Assembly: GCA_963713045.1 (NCBI GenBank)
Contig: CAVQKE010000003.1
Location: 352,001-416,000, forward strand
Source of the DNA: an uncultured delta proteobacterium
GTDB taxonomy: Bacteria > Myxococcota > Myxococcia > Myxococcales > Myxococcaceae
Direction of reading: 5' to 3'
DNA length: 64,000 nt
Positions 1-10,879 of this stretch are shown here, in pieces; the stretch's first letter is position 1; each line of letters begins with the position of its first letter. The translations under genes were made by a program, and so were the position numbers. The notes beneath the pieces are model-generated. The model was given only the letters and a program-made list of their open reading frames with translations, had not been told where the DNA came from and made no database searches.

Positions 1-303
1 GTCCACCCGGCGCGCCTGTCCGCTGACGAAGACTTGTCCCGCAATCCCTTCCCCGGGCTTCACCCGGAGGTGGCGCAGCTTCTGCGCCCCGTCCCCCACG
101 GCAATCTCGAAATACAGGGTGCCTTCGTCGAACAGCAGGAGGGACCAATTTGCTGGCTTCAGCACCGCGGACACCTTCTGCATCACCAGGGATAGCACCT
201 CGCGCGTCTCCAGCGTCGAGGTGAGGACTTTCGCAATCTCGTTGAAGGCGGCCAGCTGCTCCACCGTCCGCTTCAGGGCTGAAAGCAAGTCGGCAGGCTT
301 CAT
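1..303 (-). CDS. GAF-domain sensor protein, N-terminal part (probably a GAF-GGDEF diguanylate cyclase); runs off the window start
   Basis: Manual translation from ATG at 303: MKPADLLSALKRTVEQLAAFNEIAKVLTSTLETREVLSLVMQKV...NWSLLLFDEGTLYFEIAVG...GEGIAGQVF, a typical GAF N-terminus. The output domain is outside the window, so GGDEF is an inference. Confidence 0.75.
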   Translation of the reverse strand, partial: MKPADLLSALKRTVEQLAAFNEIAKVLTSTLETREVLSLVMQKVSAVLKPANWSLLLFDEGTLYFEIAVGDGAQKLRHLRVKPGEGIAGQVFVSGQARRVD

Positions 304-381
304 CGACGGCCTCGGCTCCCTTGAGAGGCTTCCCACCCGCTTCTTGCACGTTGACCCCGGGGGCGGTCAAACATCATTCTC

Positions 382-975
382 ATGTCCGCCTCCCCTCCTC
401 TGCTGGTGCTAGCCTCCGCTTCGCCCCGGAGGCAAGCGTTGCTCGCACAGTTTGGCCTTGCCTTCCTCGTCGACCCGGCCGACGTCGACGAGTCGCAGCG
501 GCCCGGGGAGTCGCCCCGGACCTACGTCGTTCGCCTGGCCCAAGAAAAGGCCCAGGCGGTGGCCGCGCGCCACCCGGATGCCCTGGTCCTCGGGGCGGAT
601 ACCACGGTGGCGGTGGACGAAGAAATTCTCGCAAAGCCAGCGGACGTCGGCCAAGCGCGGGCCATGCTGCGCCAGCTGGCCGGGCGCACCCACCTGGTGC
701 ACACCGCAGTGGCCACCGCCGGCCGGCGCGTCGCAGTGCAGGCGGTGGAGACGTCGGTCCGCTTTGCGCCAGCCTCGGCCGCAGCCCTCGACTGGTATGC
801 GGCCAGCGGCGAGCCGCTGGACAAAGCCGGGGCCTACGCGCTTCAGGGCGTGGGCGGGTTTCTCGTCGAGGCCATTTCCGGCAGTCCTTCGTCCGTCATC
901 GGCCTGCCCCTGGTGGAGACGTTTCGGCTGCTGGAGGCCGGCGGGCTTCGGCTTCCGTGGGGGCCACCGACGTGA
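382..975 (+). CDS. maf: Maf family nucleoside triphosphate pyrophosphatase
   Basis: LASASPRR, LGADTTV, KP and DKAGAY motifs; 197 aa. Confidence 0.95.
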   Translation: MSASPPLLVLASASPRRQALLAQFGLAFLVDPADVDESQRPGESPRTYVVRLAQEKAQAVAARHPDALVLGADTTVAVDEEILAKPADVGQARAMLRQLAGRTHLVHTAVATAGRRVAVQAVETSVRFAPASAAALDWYAASGEPLDKAGAYALQGVGGFLVEAISGSPSSVIGLPLVETFRLLEAGGLRLPWGPPT

Positions 976-1643
976 ACGACGTGGCCAGCCGCTGGGCGGA
1001 GGTGCAAAGACGCGTCGAGGAGGCCTGCCGCCTCTCGGGACGCCCCCCGCACAGCGTCCAAGTGCTGGCCGTGTCTAAACTTCAACCCCTGGTGGCCATG
1101 CGGGCCGCCTACGCAGCTGGGGTGCGGGCTTTCGGCGAAAACTACGCGCAGGAGCTTCGCGACAAGGCGGATGCCCTGGTGGACTGTCCGGGCATCCGCT
1201 GGCACGCCATTGGGACGCTGCAAACCAACAAGGCCAAGTACGTGGCGAAAAGCGCGCACGTCTTTCACGCCTTGGACCGCGTGGCGTTGGCCGAGGAGCT
1301 GGCCCGGCGGCGCAGCGGAGCACCCCTCGAGGTGTACTTGGAGGTGAACCTCGGTGGGGAGGCCAGCAAGAGTGGGCTTGCCCCGGAGGCGGTGGGGACG
1401 CTGTTGGCAGCCGTCCGGGCCCTGCCCCAGCTGCAGGCCGTGGGGCTGATGTGCCTGCCCCCCTTTTCCGACAACCCAGAGGCCTCCCGTCCCTATTTCC
1501 AGAGGCTGCGGGCACTGGCCGAGGTGCACCGGCTTGCCGGCCTTTCGATGGGGACCACCCAGGACTTCGCCGTGGCGGTGCAGGAGGGAGCGACGGTGGT
1601 GCGCGTCGGCACGGCCCTCTTCGGCCCGCGGCCCACCGGCTAG
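972..1643 (+). CDS. yggS: YggS/PROSC pyridoxal phosphate homeostasis protein
   Basis: LAVSK, FGENYAQE, WHAIGTLQTNK, LSMG and VRVGTALFG motifs. GTG start overlaps the maf stop (GTGA). Confidence 0.95.
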   Translation: MNDVASRWAEVQRRVEEACRLSGRPPHSVQVLAVSKLQPLVAMRAAYAAGVRAFGENYAQELRDKADALVDCPGIRWHAIGTLQTNKAKYVAKSAHVFHALDRVALAEELARRRSGAPLEVYLEVNLGGEASKSGLAPEAVGTLLAAVRALPQLQAVGLMCLPPFSDNPEASRPYFQRLRALAEVHRLAGLSMGTTQDFAVAVQEGATVVRVGTALFGPRPTG

Positions 1644-1849
1644 AGGGCCTTCAGCTTCAGCCGCCCCTCGTGGTTGATGCGCACTTGGTACTCAGCGCCA
1701 CAGTAGTGACACGAAATTTCATCCCGGTCCCGAAGGGCGTCGTCCATCGGGTTGTTGGCGCTGCAGGTGGGGCAGTCAAAATCCGTCGCCTGGCTGCGCA
1801 GCACCTCTTCCTTGAGGTCGTCCTCGTCCGCATTTTGGTCGGCAGGCAT
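1640..1849 (-). CDS. Small zinc-ribbon protein
   Basis: 69 aa with two CxxC pairs (CPTC, CHYC) and an acidic N-terminus; GAGGAGG upstream of the ATG. Confidence 0.75.
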   Translation of the reverse strand: MPADQNADEDDLKEEVLRSQATDFDCPTCSANNPMDDALRDRDEISCHYCGAEYQVRINHEGRLKLKAL

Positions 1850-1965
1850 GCTGTGGGCCTCCTCACGCCTCTGGCGGCATCCGCCGGGGGGCGCAAGGAG
1901 GGAGTTTACCTCCGGCGACGCTTCTCGGAATCCTGCGCTATTCTCTTGCGTTGAGTTCTCCTGCC

Positions 1966-2760
1966 ATGTCGCACCTTGCCCGCCTCGCTGCCACCCTGGC
2001 CATTTTCCTGGCGCCGGTGGCGGCGGCGGACACCACCGCCTTCGGGCCCGGCGAGCAGGTGCTGTACCGCGCCAGCTACCTCGGGATTCCCGCTGGCACG
2101 GTGCAGTTGACGGTGGGGGAAGAATTCCCCAACCAACCCGGGGTGTGGCCCGTCCTCGCCCTGGCGCGCTCGGACATTGGCCTCTTCTTCTACCCGGTGC
2201 ATGACAAGCTGGTCATCCACTGGGACGCCGAGCACAACCGCTCTCTGGGGATTGAGATGTGGGCCGATGAGAATCACCGGCGCGAGCACCTGAAAATGTC
2301 CTTCGACCCGGCGGAACCCAAGGTGTCCGTCTTCAGTCAGCGCGAGGGACAGCCTCCCTTTCAGCAGGACTCCGCGGTGGAACCCGGTGCCGCCGACGTC
2401 GCCTCCACGCTGTACCTGCTGCGGGCCAGGGCCCTGGAGCCTGGGACGGAATTCCACATTCCGGTGGTGACGCCGCACAGGCAATTCTCGGCGCACGTGG
2501 TGGTGGAGCGCCGCGAGCGGCTCCAGACGCCGCTCGGCGAAAAGGCTGTGGTGCGGGTGCTCTTCACCACGGAATTTGGCGGAAAGCTGGCCCAGAAGCG
2601 GGACTTCATCCTCTATTTCACCGACGACGAGGCACACCTGCCGGTGCGGCTGGAAGCAGAGATGGCCCTGGGCACGGTGGTGGCCGAGGCGGTGGAGTAC
2701 CACTCCGGGCTTCGGCTGCCTGGCCGGCCCCGGGCCGCCGCACGCGCGGGAGACCACTGA
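1966..2760 (+). CDS. DUF3108 family secreted protein
   Basis: Signal peptide, GEQVLYRASYLGIPAG start and C-terminal YFTDDEAHLPVRLEAEMALG, as in DUF3108. Confidence 0.8.
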   Translation: MSHLARLAATLAIFLAPVAAADTTAFGPGEQVLYRASYLGIPAGTVQLTVGEEFPNQPGVWPVLALARSDIGLFFYPVHDKLVIHWDAEHNRSLGIEMWADENHRREHLKMSFDPAEPKVSVFSQREGQPPFQQDSAVEPGAADVASTLYLLRARALEPGTEFHIPVVTPHRQFSAHVVVERRERLQTPLGEKAVVRVLFTTEFGGKLAQKRDFILYFTDDEAHLPVRLEAEMALGTVVAEAVEYHSGLRLPGRPRAAARAGDH

Positions 2761-2794
2761 CGCCGTGGGAGCCCCGCCCAGCGATGAGTGGCGC

Positions 2795-4111
2795 ATGGCC
2801 AGCGTGCTGCGGAATTCCTCCGACTGGCTGCGCGGCACGGTGCGGGCCAGCGAGCGCGAACGGCCCTCCCGGCGTGGCCTCTTCGTCACCGCCTTGCGCA
2901 TTGGCTTGGTGGGCTTCGGCGGTGGCATCAGCGTGTTGTCCAACATCGACGACGCGCTGGTGCGCCGACGCCGCTGGCTGACGCCACGGGAGTTTGCCCA
3001 CACCATCACCGTCGCGCAGATGCTGCCCGGTGGGGCAGCGGCCAACGCCTTGGCCTACGTCGGCCTGCGCTTCGGCGGATGGAGCGGCGCGCTGCTGGGC
3101 TACGCCGGCTTCGTCCTTCCGGGGGCGGTGGCGGTGCTGGTGCTGTCGGTGGTGTACGTCCACTTCGGCGCCATCCCGGCAGCCAGCGCGGTGCTGGCCG
3201 GCTGCAACGCAGCCGTGGTAGGCGTCATCGTCACCATCGCCCTCAAAATGGTGCGCACCGCGGTGGGCATGCCATGGCAGATGGCGGTGGCGGCCGGTGC
3301 ACTCCTGCTGTGCACCGTCGGCAGCGCCTCTCCGGCTGAGGTGGTGCTGCTCAGCATCGCGGTGGGCGTGGCGGTGGAGTACACGGCGCGGCGCGCGCTC
3401 CCGCGGGCGCTGGGGGCGCTGGCACGGCTCCGGGTGGCATTGCCCGAGGACGGCCGCGAACTGGGCCGCGCCCATCCTGAGCCCGAAGCGCCCCACCCCA
3501 CCGGGACACCCCCGCCCTTGGTGCGGACCCCGGCGCTGCTGGGCGTGTTGGCCGTGGGTTTGGGGTTTCTGCATGCCGGCGGCCTGGACGCGCACCTGGT
3601 GGAAATGGCGGTGGTGTACTTCCGCACCGGCCTCGGCGCCTACGGTGGCGGCTTCGCCATCATCCCCCACCTGAAGGCGATGGTGGCCTCGCATGGCTGG
3701 GCCACCGACCGGCAATTCACCGACGCCGTCGCCATCGGCAAGCTGACGCCCGGCCCGGTGCTGCTGATGGCCACCTGCCTGGGCTACCTCCAGCAGGGGC
3801 TGGCCGGGGCGCTGGTGGCCACCGTGGCCATCTTCACCGCCCCCTTTCTGCTGGTGGTGCTTTTGGGCAGTTGGCTGGACCGGATGCGCTCCCGGCGTTG
3901 GGTGCGTTCGGCCCTTCGGGGACTCACCCCAGCGGTGGTGGGGCTGATGGCTGGTGCCGCCATCACCCTCGGCACCGGCTTTCAGGACCGCGCGGAAATT
4001 GGCATCGCCGCTGTCACCGCCCTCACCCTGTCGCGCTTCGCCATCAACCCGGTGTGGATGCTGGTGTTGGGGGGCGGCGTCCGCCTGGTGCTGGGCGCGC
4101 TGGGCGTCTAG
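2795..4111 (+). CDS. chrA: Chromate efflux transporter (long-chain CHR family)
   Basis: Two CHR repeats: GLVGFGGG...AQMLPG and GLGAYGGG...GKLTPGP. Start uncertain (GTG 2765 or ATG 2795). Confidence 0.9.
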   Translation: MASVLRNSSDWLRGTVRASERERPSRRGLFVTALRIGLVGFGGGISVLSNIDDALVRRRRWLTPREFAHTITVAQMLPGGAAANALAYVGLRFGGWSGALLGYAGFVLPGAVAVLVLSVVYVHFGAIPAASAVLAGCNAAVVGVIVTIALKMVRTAVGMPWQMAVAAGALLLCTVGSASPAEVVLLSIAVGVAVEYTARRALPRALGALARLRVALPEDGRELGRAHPEPEAPHPTGTPPPLVRTPALLGVLAVGLGFLHAGGLDAHLVEMAVVYFRTGLGAYGGGFAIIPHLKAMVASHGWATDRQFTDAVAIGKLTPGPVLLMATCLGYLQQGLAGALVATVAIFTAPFLLVVLLGSWLDRMRSRRWVRSALRGLTPAVVGLMAGAAITLGTGFQDRAEIGIAAVTALTLSRFAINPVWMLVLGGGVRLVLGALGV

Positions 4112-4470
4112 GCGCTGCGCGGCGCGACGGCCAGCCGCTGCGCGGCCTGGGCCAGTCGGCGACGCAGGCCGCTCAAGCTGGCCTCCAACGCCGACAGGGC
4201 CGCTTGGGCGTGGCCGTCGTCGGAGGCCTCGAGGAGGTCCAGCGGCGTCGGACGCTCGGCGAGCAGCGCCCGGAGGACGTCCTCCAGGTGAGCGCGGAGG
4301 GCTTCCAAGCCCTCCAGCGAGGCCCGCAAGTCCTCTTCCACAAAGTCCGCCAGCACGGCGCTTCCATGGCGCAGCGACAGGTGCCGCCGCAGCTGGTCCG
4401 CCGCGAGGCGGCTGAGGTCCTCGTCGGCCGAAGCGGTGGATGTGGCGAGCGCGGTCGAGTGGGTTGCCAT
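4108..4470 (-). CDS. Hypothetical helical protein
   Basis: 120-aa ORF with amphipathic helices and GC3-biased codons; AGGGGA upstream; stop overlaps the chrA stop. Confidence 0.65.
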   Translation of the reverse strand: MATHSTALATSTASADEDLSRLAADQLRRHLSLRHGSAVLADFVEEDLRASLEGLEALRAHLEDVLRALLAERPTPLDLLEASDDGHAQAALSALEASLSGLRRRLAQAAQRLAVAPRSA

Positions 4471-4554
4471 GTCCCCTACAGTGGAGGGAACGCTAACGGC
4501 AAAGCCCACGGCGTCAAATTTCGGCTTCGGTGACGCCCCAGCGCCAGGGGCCCG

Positions 4555-5073
4555 CTAAATGAGGCCGCGGGCGCGGCGAATCTGCTCCACCGTCTTGTTG
4601 TACTCAATCTCGAAGGCGCTGGTGCCTTCCTGCAGATGCTTCAGCCGGGCCCGCGCCTCACGGTCAATCTCCTCGTCCACGTCGAGGTGGCGCTTCATGA
4701 TGGCGAAGATTTTGGTCCGCAGCGCATTGTCCGGGGCGAAGACTTCCTCCACGTTGCGGCTGATGAGGAGGAATTCAATCATCTGGTTGATGATGTACTC
4801 GACCCCCTCGTCGCCCATTTTGAAGCCGCGAACGTCTGCCATCTCGCGCTTCACCTGGTTGAATTTGCTGTAGTCGTAGCCGCGTCGCTCCAGGGCCTCG
4901 CGGGTCGCCTGGTTTACGCGGTCCTCGTTGGTAAGGTACTCACGCATGATGGCGGAGAGGTCCATCTCCGCGTCGGCGATGCGCATCGGCTCAATCTCGA
5001 CATCGCCGTCCTGCATCAACAGCTGGACGATTTCACGTGAGATGACGGGGATCACCTTGGGGTAGATCCGCAT
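4555..5073 (-). CDS. DUF507 family protein
   Basis: MRIYPKVIPVISREIV start and VEEVFAPDNALR...DEEIDREARARL repeat, typical of deltaproteobacterial DUF507. Confidence 0.85.
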   Translation of the reverse strand: MRIYPKVIPVISREIVQLLMQDGDVEIEPMRIADAEMDLSAIMREYLTNEDRVNQATREALERRGYDYSKFNQVKREMADVRGFKMGDEGVEYIINQMIEFLLISRNVEEVFAPDNALRTKIFAIMKRHLDVDEEIDREARARLKHLQEGTSAFEIEYNKTVEQIRRARGLI

Positions 5074-5186
5074 GGGTCTTCCATAGCCTCTTCGGGGGGC
5101 CGGTCCCGCGGTGCGGGGCCAGGGATGTGTTGTTTCCCTCATAGCGCATCCAGGCCAAAGCGCTCCGAAAAAGAGCTGTTTCTTCT

Positions 5187-7148
5187 TCACTTCGCATCGA
5201 TGGCCGGTTCCGGGCACACCACCGCCGAGGCGTCTTCCAGCGAGGCCTGTCGAACCTCGTCCTCGCCCCCGGACTGCTCCTCCCGCAGGACTTCCGTCTT
5301 GGTGGCGTGTAGGGCCGCATGAATTCGCTCGGCCAGCGCCACGCTGACCGAGTCCAACTGGGCCAATTCCTCGATGGACGCCTGGCGCACGCGTTTCAGG
5401 GAGCCGAAATGGCTGAGCAGGGCCCGCTTGCGGCCCGGGCCGACGCCTGGAATGTCCTCCAGCACACTGAGGAAATTGCGACGCCGCATCAGCTTCTGCT
5501 GGTAGCTGATGGCGAAACGGTGGGCCTCGTCCCGCAGCCGGGTGAGGAGGAAGAGTTCCGGCGCGTTCTGCCGGAGGACCACCGGGTCCCGCCTTCCGAG
5601 GACGAAGACGCGCTCTGGGCTGCGCACCACCGGCGCCTCGCGGCTTTCGACGTCCAGCTCGCGCGCCTTGGCCAAGCCCACCACGTCCAGCTGGGTGACC
5701 CCCACGTCGCGCATCGCGGCGTGCGCGGCGGCCAGCTGCCCCTTGCCACCGTCAATGACGAGCAGGTCGGGCAGCTGGCCTTCGGCCAGCCCGCGGCGGA
5801 GCCGCCGGGCCACCACCTCGTGAATGCTGGCGAAGTCGTCCTGCCCCCGCGTCAACTTCACCCGGAAGCGGCGGTAGCGTGACTTGTCGAGCTCTCCATC
5901 GGTCATCGCCACCGCGCTGCCGACCACCGCCGCGCCCTGAAAGTGGCTGATGTCGAAGCATTCGATGGACCGCGGCAGCCGGCTCAGCCCGAGGACGTCG
6001 GTCAAGCGCTCGAGGACGTCTTGGGTCTGCTGGCGTGAGCGCCGCTGCTCCTGGAAGGCCTGGGCGGCGTTGGCCCGTGCCATTTCCAGTAGCCGCACCC
6101 GCTCGCCCCGGCGCGGCGACAGGACACGGACCCGCTGCCCGCGCCGCTCACTGAGGAGCTCGGCCAGCGCCTCCCCCTCGCCCTCTGGAAGGCTGGGGAG
6201 CAGCACCTCATCCGGCACCAGGTTGCCTTGGGCGTAGTAGAGGTTGACGAAGCTGAGGAGCAACTCGGTGTCTGGAAATTCCTGTCCGCTGAAGGGGAAG
6301 GCCTGGCCCCCATGGAGGCGCCCCTGGCGGACGTACAGCACGTACAGCAAAAAGCGGTCGGCCTCGCGGTAGTGGGCGAAGACGTCCTGGTCCACCGGCT
6401 CGCTGGAGGCCACCGTCTGCCGCTCGAGCGAGCGCTGGATGGCAAACAGTTGGTCCCGCAGACGCGCCGCCTCCTCAAAGCGCAAGTCTTTCGCCGACTC
6501 CTTCATGCGGGCTTTGAGGGAGCCAGTCAGCTCCGAGGCTTTCCCCTCCAGGAAGAGGGCCACCTCGTGCACGCTGCGGGCGTACTCCTCGCGCGGGACG
6601 TTGTGGACGCAGGGCGCCGGGCAGCGGCCGATTTGGTACAAAAGGCAGGGCCGCTTGCGGTTGGCCAGGACGTGGTCCGAGCAGGTCCGGAGCTGGAAGT
6701 AGCGGTTCACGGTGCGCAACGTCTCGCGGATGCTGCTGGCCGAGGCATACGGCCCGAAATACTGCGCGCCGTCCCTTTCGAAGCGTCGCACCACTTCCAG
6801 CCGGGGGTAGGCCTGGGAGGTGTCCAGCCGCAGGCAGATGTAATTCTTGTCGTCCTTGAGGAGGACGTTGAAGCGCGGCTGGTGGCGCTTGATGAGTTCG
6901 TTCTCGAGGAGCAGCGCCTCCTTCTCATTGGAGACGACCACCGTCTCCAGGTCGCCGAGCAGGCCCTCGAGAATCGGAACGAAAGCGCGCGTGTCGCTGG
7001 AGCGGCCGAAGTAGCTGCGCACCCGACTGCGAAGGTTGACTGCCTTTCCGACGTAGATGACCTCCCCCCGGTGGTCCTTCATCAGGTAGACGCCGGGGCC
7101 GGCTGGGAGCGCCTCCAGCTTCTCCTCGAGCCAGTCCGGGAGGCTCAT
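5187..7148 (-). CDS. uvrC: Excinuclease ABC subunit C
   Basis: GIY-YIG domain (PGVYLM...[12 protein letters not shown]), Cys-rich region, UVR domain, [22 protein letters not shown] and HhH. Confidence 0.98.
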   Translation of the reverse strand: MSLPDWLEEKLEALPAGPGVYLMKDHRGEVIYVGKAVNLRSRVRSYFGRSSDTRAFVPILEGLLGDLETVVVSNEKEALLLENELIKRHQPRFNVLLKDDKNYICLRLDTSQAYPRLEVVRRFERDGAQYFGPYASASSIRETLRTVNRYFQLRTCSDHVLANRKRPCLLYQIGRCPAPCVHNVPREEYARSVHEVALFLEGKASELTGSLKARMKESAKDLRFEEAARLRDQLFAIQRSLERQTVASSEPVDQDVFAHYREADRFLLYVLYVRQGRLHGGQAFPFSGQEFPDTELLLSFVNLYYAQGNLVPDEVLLPSLPEGEGEALAELLSERRGQRVRVLSPRRGERVRLLEMARANAAQAFQEQRRSRQQTQDVLERLTDVLGLSRLPRSIECFDISHFQGAAVVGSAVAMTDGELDKSRYRRFRVKLTRGQDDFASIHEVVARRLRRGLAEGQLPDLLVIDGGKGQLAAAHAAMRDVGVTQLDVVGLAKARELDVESREAPVVRSPERVFVLGRRDPVVLRQNAPELFLLTRLRDEAHRFAISYQQKLMRRRNFLSVLEDIPGVGPGRKRALLSHFGSLKRVRQASIEELAQLDSVSVALAERIHAALHATKTEVLREEQSGGEDEVRQASLEDASAVVCPEPAIDAK

Positions 7149-9230
7149 CTAGCGTCGCCCGCGCCCGCGCATCGCTGAGCGGCGCCGGCCTCCGGAGCGC
7201 TCCTGGCGTGCCGGGACTTCCTGAAGCAACGCGCGAGAGGGTGGCTTGAGGCCCAAGTCCATGTCCTTCAGGACCAGCACCTGGTCGCGCAGGGCGGCCG
7301 CCTTCTCGAATTCCATGGCGTCCGCGGCCTGCACCATCTGGCCAGAGAGGTCCTTGATGAGCGCCTTGACTTCCTCCGGGCGCAAAAGCTCCTCGCCGGC
7401 CTGGAGGGCCTGCTGCAACCCGTCCGTCCGGTACAGCACCTGCGACATGTCCAGGATGGCCTTGCGGACCCCGGCCGGCGTAATTCCGTGTTCCTGGTTG
7501 AAGCGCGCTTGCAGCTCGCGGCGGCGCCGCGTCTCTTCCACCGCGTCCCGAATGGAGTCTGTCTGTAAGTCCGCGTACATCAGGACCCGGCCTTCCAGGT
7601 GCCGTGCCGCCCGGCCGATGGTTTGGATGAGGCTGACCCGACTGCGCAGAAACCCCTCCTTGTCCGCGTCCAGGATGGCCACCAAGGACACCTCGGGGAT
7701 GTCCAACCCCTCGCGCAACAGGTTGATGCCCACCAGCACGTCGAATTCCCCACGCCTCAAGTCGCGGATGATGGCCGTCCGTTCGAGGGCATCGATGTCC
7801 GAGTGCAGGTAGCGCACCCGGACGCCGACATCGGCGAAGTATTCGGTGAGGTCTTCCGCCATGCGCTTGGTGAGGGTGGTCACCAGCACCCGCTGCTTCT
7901 TCGCCGCCCGCACCCGCACCTCTTCCAGCAGGTCCTCCACCTGGCTCTGGGCCGGACGCACCTCCACCTCCGGGTCGAGCAGTCCGGTGGGGCGGATGAC
8001 TTGCTCGACCACCACCCCGTGGCTCTTTTGCAATTCGTATTCGCCCGGGGTGGCGCTCACATAAATGGCCTGAGGCACCATCTGCTCGAATTCCGAGAAG
8101 CGCAGCGGGCGGTTGTCCAGCGCCGAAGGCAGCCGGAAGCCATACTCCACCAGCGTCTCCTTGCGGCTTCGGTCTCCCCGGTACATGGCGCCCACCTGGG
8201 GGACGGTCTGGTGACTCTCATCCAAGAAGACGAGAAGGTTCTTCGGGTAGTAGTCGAGGAGAACCGGCGGGGGCTCGCCGGGAGCCCTGCCCGAGAGGTG
8301 ACGGCTGTAGTTCTCAATCCCATTGCAGAAGCCCACCTGCTCCATCATCTCCAAGTCATACCGGGTGCGCTCCTCCAGACGCTGCACTTCGAGCAGCTTG
8401 CCTTGCCCCTTCAGTTCGGCCAGCCGCTGAGTCAACTCCTCGCGAATGCCGCGCACCGCCAGGTCCCGTTGCTCTTCCCCGGTGACATAGTGGCTCGCCG
8501 GAAAGACGGTCATCTTGTCCAGCTCGCCGAGGGTTCGCCCCCGCAGTGGGTCGAATTCCACAATCCGCTCCACCATGTCCCCGAAGAACTCCACCCTCTG
8601 GGCACGTTCCTCTTCGTAGGCCGGGAAGACTTCCACCGTGTCCCCCCGGACGCGGAAGGTGCCGCGGTGAAAGTCGACGTCGTTGCGCTCGTACTGGGCA
8701 TCGACCAGCCGCCGCATCAGCACGTCGCGGCCGAGTTCCTCGCCCCGGGCCGCGCGGACTGCCAAGTCGACGTAGCTTCTGGCCGTTCCCAGCCCGTAGA
8801 TGCACGACACCGAGGCGACGATGATGACGTCGTCGCGCGTCTGCAGAGAACGGGTGGCGGAGTGGCGCAGCCGCTCAATCTCGTCATTCACGAACGAGTC
8901 CTTCTCGATGTAGGTGTCCGAGGAGGGCAGGTATGCCTCCGGCTGGTAGTAGTCGAAGTAGCTGATGAAGTATTCGACGGCGTTGTGCGGAAACAGCTCG
9001 CGAAATTCGCCGTACAGCTGCGCCGCCAACGTCTTGTTGTGCACCATCACCAGCGTCGGCCGCTGTACCCTTTCAATGACGTTGGCCATGGTGAACGTCT
9101 TCCCGGAGCCGGTGACGCCCAGCAGCACTTGGTGCGCATCGCCGCGCGACACGCCGGAGGCCAGCTCCTCGATGGCGCGGGGCTGGTCCCCCCGGGGGCG
9201 GTAGTCGGTGACAAGCTGAAAGGCGGGCAT
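7149..9230 (-). CDS. uvrB: Excinuclease ABC subunit B
   Basis: GVTGSGKT Walker A, YYQPEAY beta-hairpin, [14 protein letters not shown] and QTIGRAAR. Confidence 0.98.
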   Translation of the reverse strand: MPAFQLVTDYRPRGDQPRAIEELASGVSRGDAHQVLLGVTGSGKTFTMANVIERVQRPTLVMVHNKTLAAQLYGEFRELFPHNAVEYFISYFDYYQPEAYLPSSDTYIEKDSFVNDEIERLRHSATRSLQTRDDVIIVASVSCIYGLGTARSYVDLAVRAARGEELGRDVLMRRLVDAQYERNDVDFHRGTFRVRGDTVEVFPAYEEERAQRVEFFGDMVERIVEFDPLRGRTLGELDKMTVFPASHYVTGEEQRDLAVRGIREELTQRLAELKGQGKLLEVQRLEERTRYDLEMMEQVGFCNGIENYSRHLSGRAPGEPPPVLLDYYPKNLLVFLDESHQTVPQVGAMYRGDRSRKETLVEYGFRLPSALDNRPLRFSEFEQMVPQAIYVSATPGEYELQKSHGVVVEQVIRPTGLLDPEVEVRPAQSQVEDLLEEVRVRAAKKQRVLVTTLTKRMAEDLTEYFADVGVRVRYLHSDIDALERTAIIRDLRRGEFDVLVGINLLREGLDIPEVSLVAILDADKEGFLRSRVSLIQTIGRAARHLEGRVLMYADLQTDSIRDAVEETRRRRELQARFNQEHGITPAGVRKAILDMSQVLYRTDGLQQALQAGEELLRPEEVKALIKDLSGQMVQAADAMEFEKAAALRDQVLVLKDMDLGLKPPSRALLQEVPARQERSGGRRRSAMRGRGRR

Positions 9231-9273
9231 CCCCTTATTTCTAACGCAGCCCGGAGACGGCACCACCGCCTGG

Positions 9274-9298
9274 AAACGGCCTTTCGGCCGCTTTTTTT
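9274..9298. terminator. Possible bidirectional intrinsic terminator between cysS and uvrB
   Basis: AAA-CGGCC-TTTC-GGCCG-C-T7. Stem with a GAAA loop on the minus strand; T tracts on both strands, the longer one on plus. Confidence 0.45.
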
Positions 9299-9311
9299 GG
9301 TGCGCGTGCCC

Positions 9312-10805
9312 TCAGGCGTCGGCTGCGGCCGATGGCTCGTCCCGCACCTTCCACGTCGTCCCGGCCGGGCCGTCGCGCAGTTCCACCCCCAAGGTGGCCA
9401 AGGCATCGCGAAGTGCGTCGGCCTGGGCCCAGTCCCGGCCCTTGCGGGCAGCGCTGCGCTCGGCAATGAGCGCCTCAATTCGGCTGCGGTCCAGCCCCCG
9501 GCGCTCCACCAGGCGGTCGCGCCTCCGCTGCAGCCACTGGGCCGGGGGCTGCTGAAAAATTCCCAGCACTTCGGCGAAGGGCCGCACCTGGGTGCGCAGC
9601 TCGGCCAAGGTGCGGGCCACGCGTTCGCGGTCCGCCCCGGGCGGCCCATCGAGGAGGAGGTTTATCTCACCGAAAAGGGCGTGCAAGGGCGCCTGACCCT
9701 CGGCGGCGTTGAAGTCGTCGTCCATGCTGCTTTCGAAGGCGCGCACAAAGCGGCTCGGGTCCCCCAGCGGCTCGGCGGTGTGCGCTTTGGCCGAGCCCAG
9801 CCGCTCGTCCACGCGCACCAGGGTTTCATAGAAGTATTCAAGCCGTCGCTCGGCATCGATGAGGGCCCCGTCGGTGAAGACCAGCGGGTTGCGGTAGTGG
9901 CTGGACAGGAAGAAGAGACGCAGCGCCTCGGCGTCCACCCGGGCCAGTGCGTCGCGCAGCCGCACCACGTTGCCCAGGGACTTGGACATCTTGGCGTGCT
10001 CCATCTCGAGCAGGTTGGCGTGCATCCAAGCCCTGGCCAACGGCACCCCGGCCGCCGCCTCGGACTGGGCAATCTCGTTGTCGTGGTGGGGAAAAATGAG
10101 GTCCAGCCCTCCGCCGTGAATGTCGAAGGGCTGGCCCAGAAGTTTCACCGCCATGGCCGAGCATTCAATGTGCCAGCCCGGGCGCCCCCGTCCCCAGGGT
10201 GCATCCCACGCCGGCTCACCCGGCTTCTCTGCCTTCCACAGGGCGAAGTCGAGGCTGTCCCGTTTGTGCTCGCCCGCCACGGCGCGCTCGCCGGCGCGCA
10301 ATTCGTCAACGTTGCGGTGGGACAGCTTGGCGTAACTCGGCCAGGACGAGACGGAGAAGAAGACGTCGCCGCCGGAGGCGTAAGCGGCGCCGATGTCGAG
10401 CAGCCGCTGCACCAGGGCAAGAATTTCCGGCATGTTGTCCGTCACCCGCGGCGAAAAATCCGGCTGCAGCAGCCCCAGTGCGCGGACGTCCTCCTCAAAG
10501 GCCTGGACATAGCCGTCGGCCAGCCGTCGCGGGTCCTCGCCCGCTTGCAGCGCCGCCTGAATAATTCGGTCGTCGACGTCGGTGAGGTTGCGCACGTAGG
10601 TGACGCGGTAGCCGCGGTAGCGCAAATAACGCACCACGACGTCAAAGGCGGTGAAGGTCCGGGCGTTGCCCAGGTGGACGTAGCTGTAGACAGTCGGTCC
10701 GCAGACATACAGGCGCACCTCGCCTGGGCGCAGGGTGTCCAGCGACTCCTTGCGCTGTGTCAGGGTGTTAAAAAGCTTCAGGTTGGTGGGCTCCGGCGCG
10801 GCCAA
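9312..10805 (-). CDS. cysS: Cysteine--tRNA ligase
   Basis: CGPTVY, HLGN (HIGH), PGWHIEC, HGGGLDLIFPHH and KMSKS. TTG start with GAGGAGG RBS. Confidence 0.98.
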   Translation of the reverse strand: MAAPEPTNLKLFNTLTQRKESLDTLRPGEVRLYVCGPTVYSYVHLGNARTFTAFDVVVRYLRYRGYRVTYVRNLTDVDDRIIQAALQAGEDPRRLADGYVQAFEEDVRALGLLQPDFSPRVTDNMPEILALVQRLLDIGAAYASGGDVFFSVSSWPSYAKLSHRNVDELRAGERAVAGEHKRDSLDFALWKAEKPGEPAWDAPWGRGRPGWHIECSAMAVKLLGQPFDIHGGGLDLIFPHHDNEIAQSEAAAGVPLARAWMHANLLEMEHAKMSKSLGNVVRLRDALARVDAEALRLFFLSSHYRNPLVFTDGALIDAERRLEYFYETLVRVDERLGSAKAHTAEPLGDPSRFVRAFESSMDDDFNAAEGQAPLHALFGEINLLLDGPPGADRERVARTLAELRTQVRPFAEVLGIFQQPPAQWLQRRRDRLVERRGLDRSRIEALIAERSAARKGRDWAQADALRDALATLGVELRDGPAGTTWKVRDEPSAAADA

Positions 10806-10879
10806 ACGGCCTCCTCAGGACCTATCCTTCGGACAGACAGGGCTGCATACTAGAACCTCCGCCCCGAAGGGGCGTCTCC

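Noticed and set aside
321..971. N-terminal extension of the 440-aa ORF, suggesting a fusion to YggS
   Set aside because: The extension overlaps maf in another frame and is Arg/Gly/Pro-rich noise; the GTG at 972 coupled to the maf stop is the better start.
7599..10853. 1084-aa plus-strand ORF, and similar long ORFs at 28229-30523, 34487-36502, 36524-38680 and 54432-56393
   Set aside because: Antisense shadows of well-supported genes (uvrB/cysS, addB, uvrA, S9 peptidase, livM-G). High GC3 bias removes stop codons on the opposite strand, and they show no recognisable motifs.
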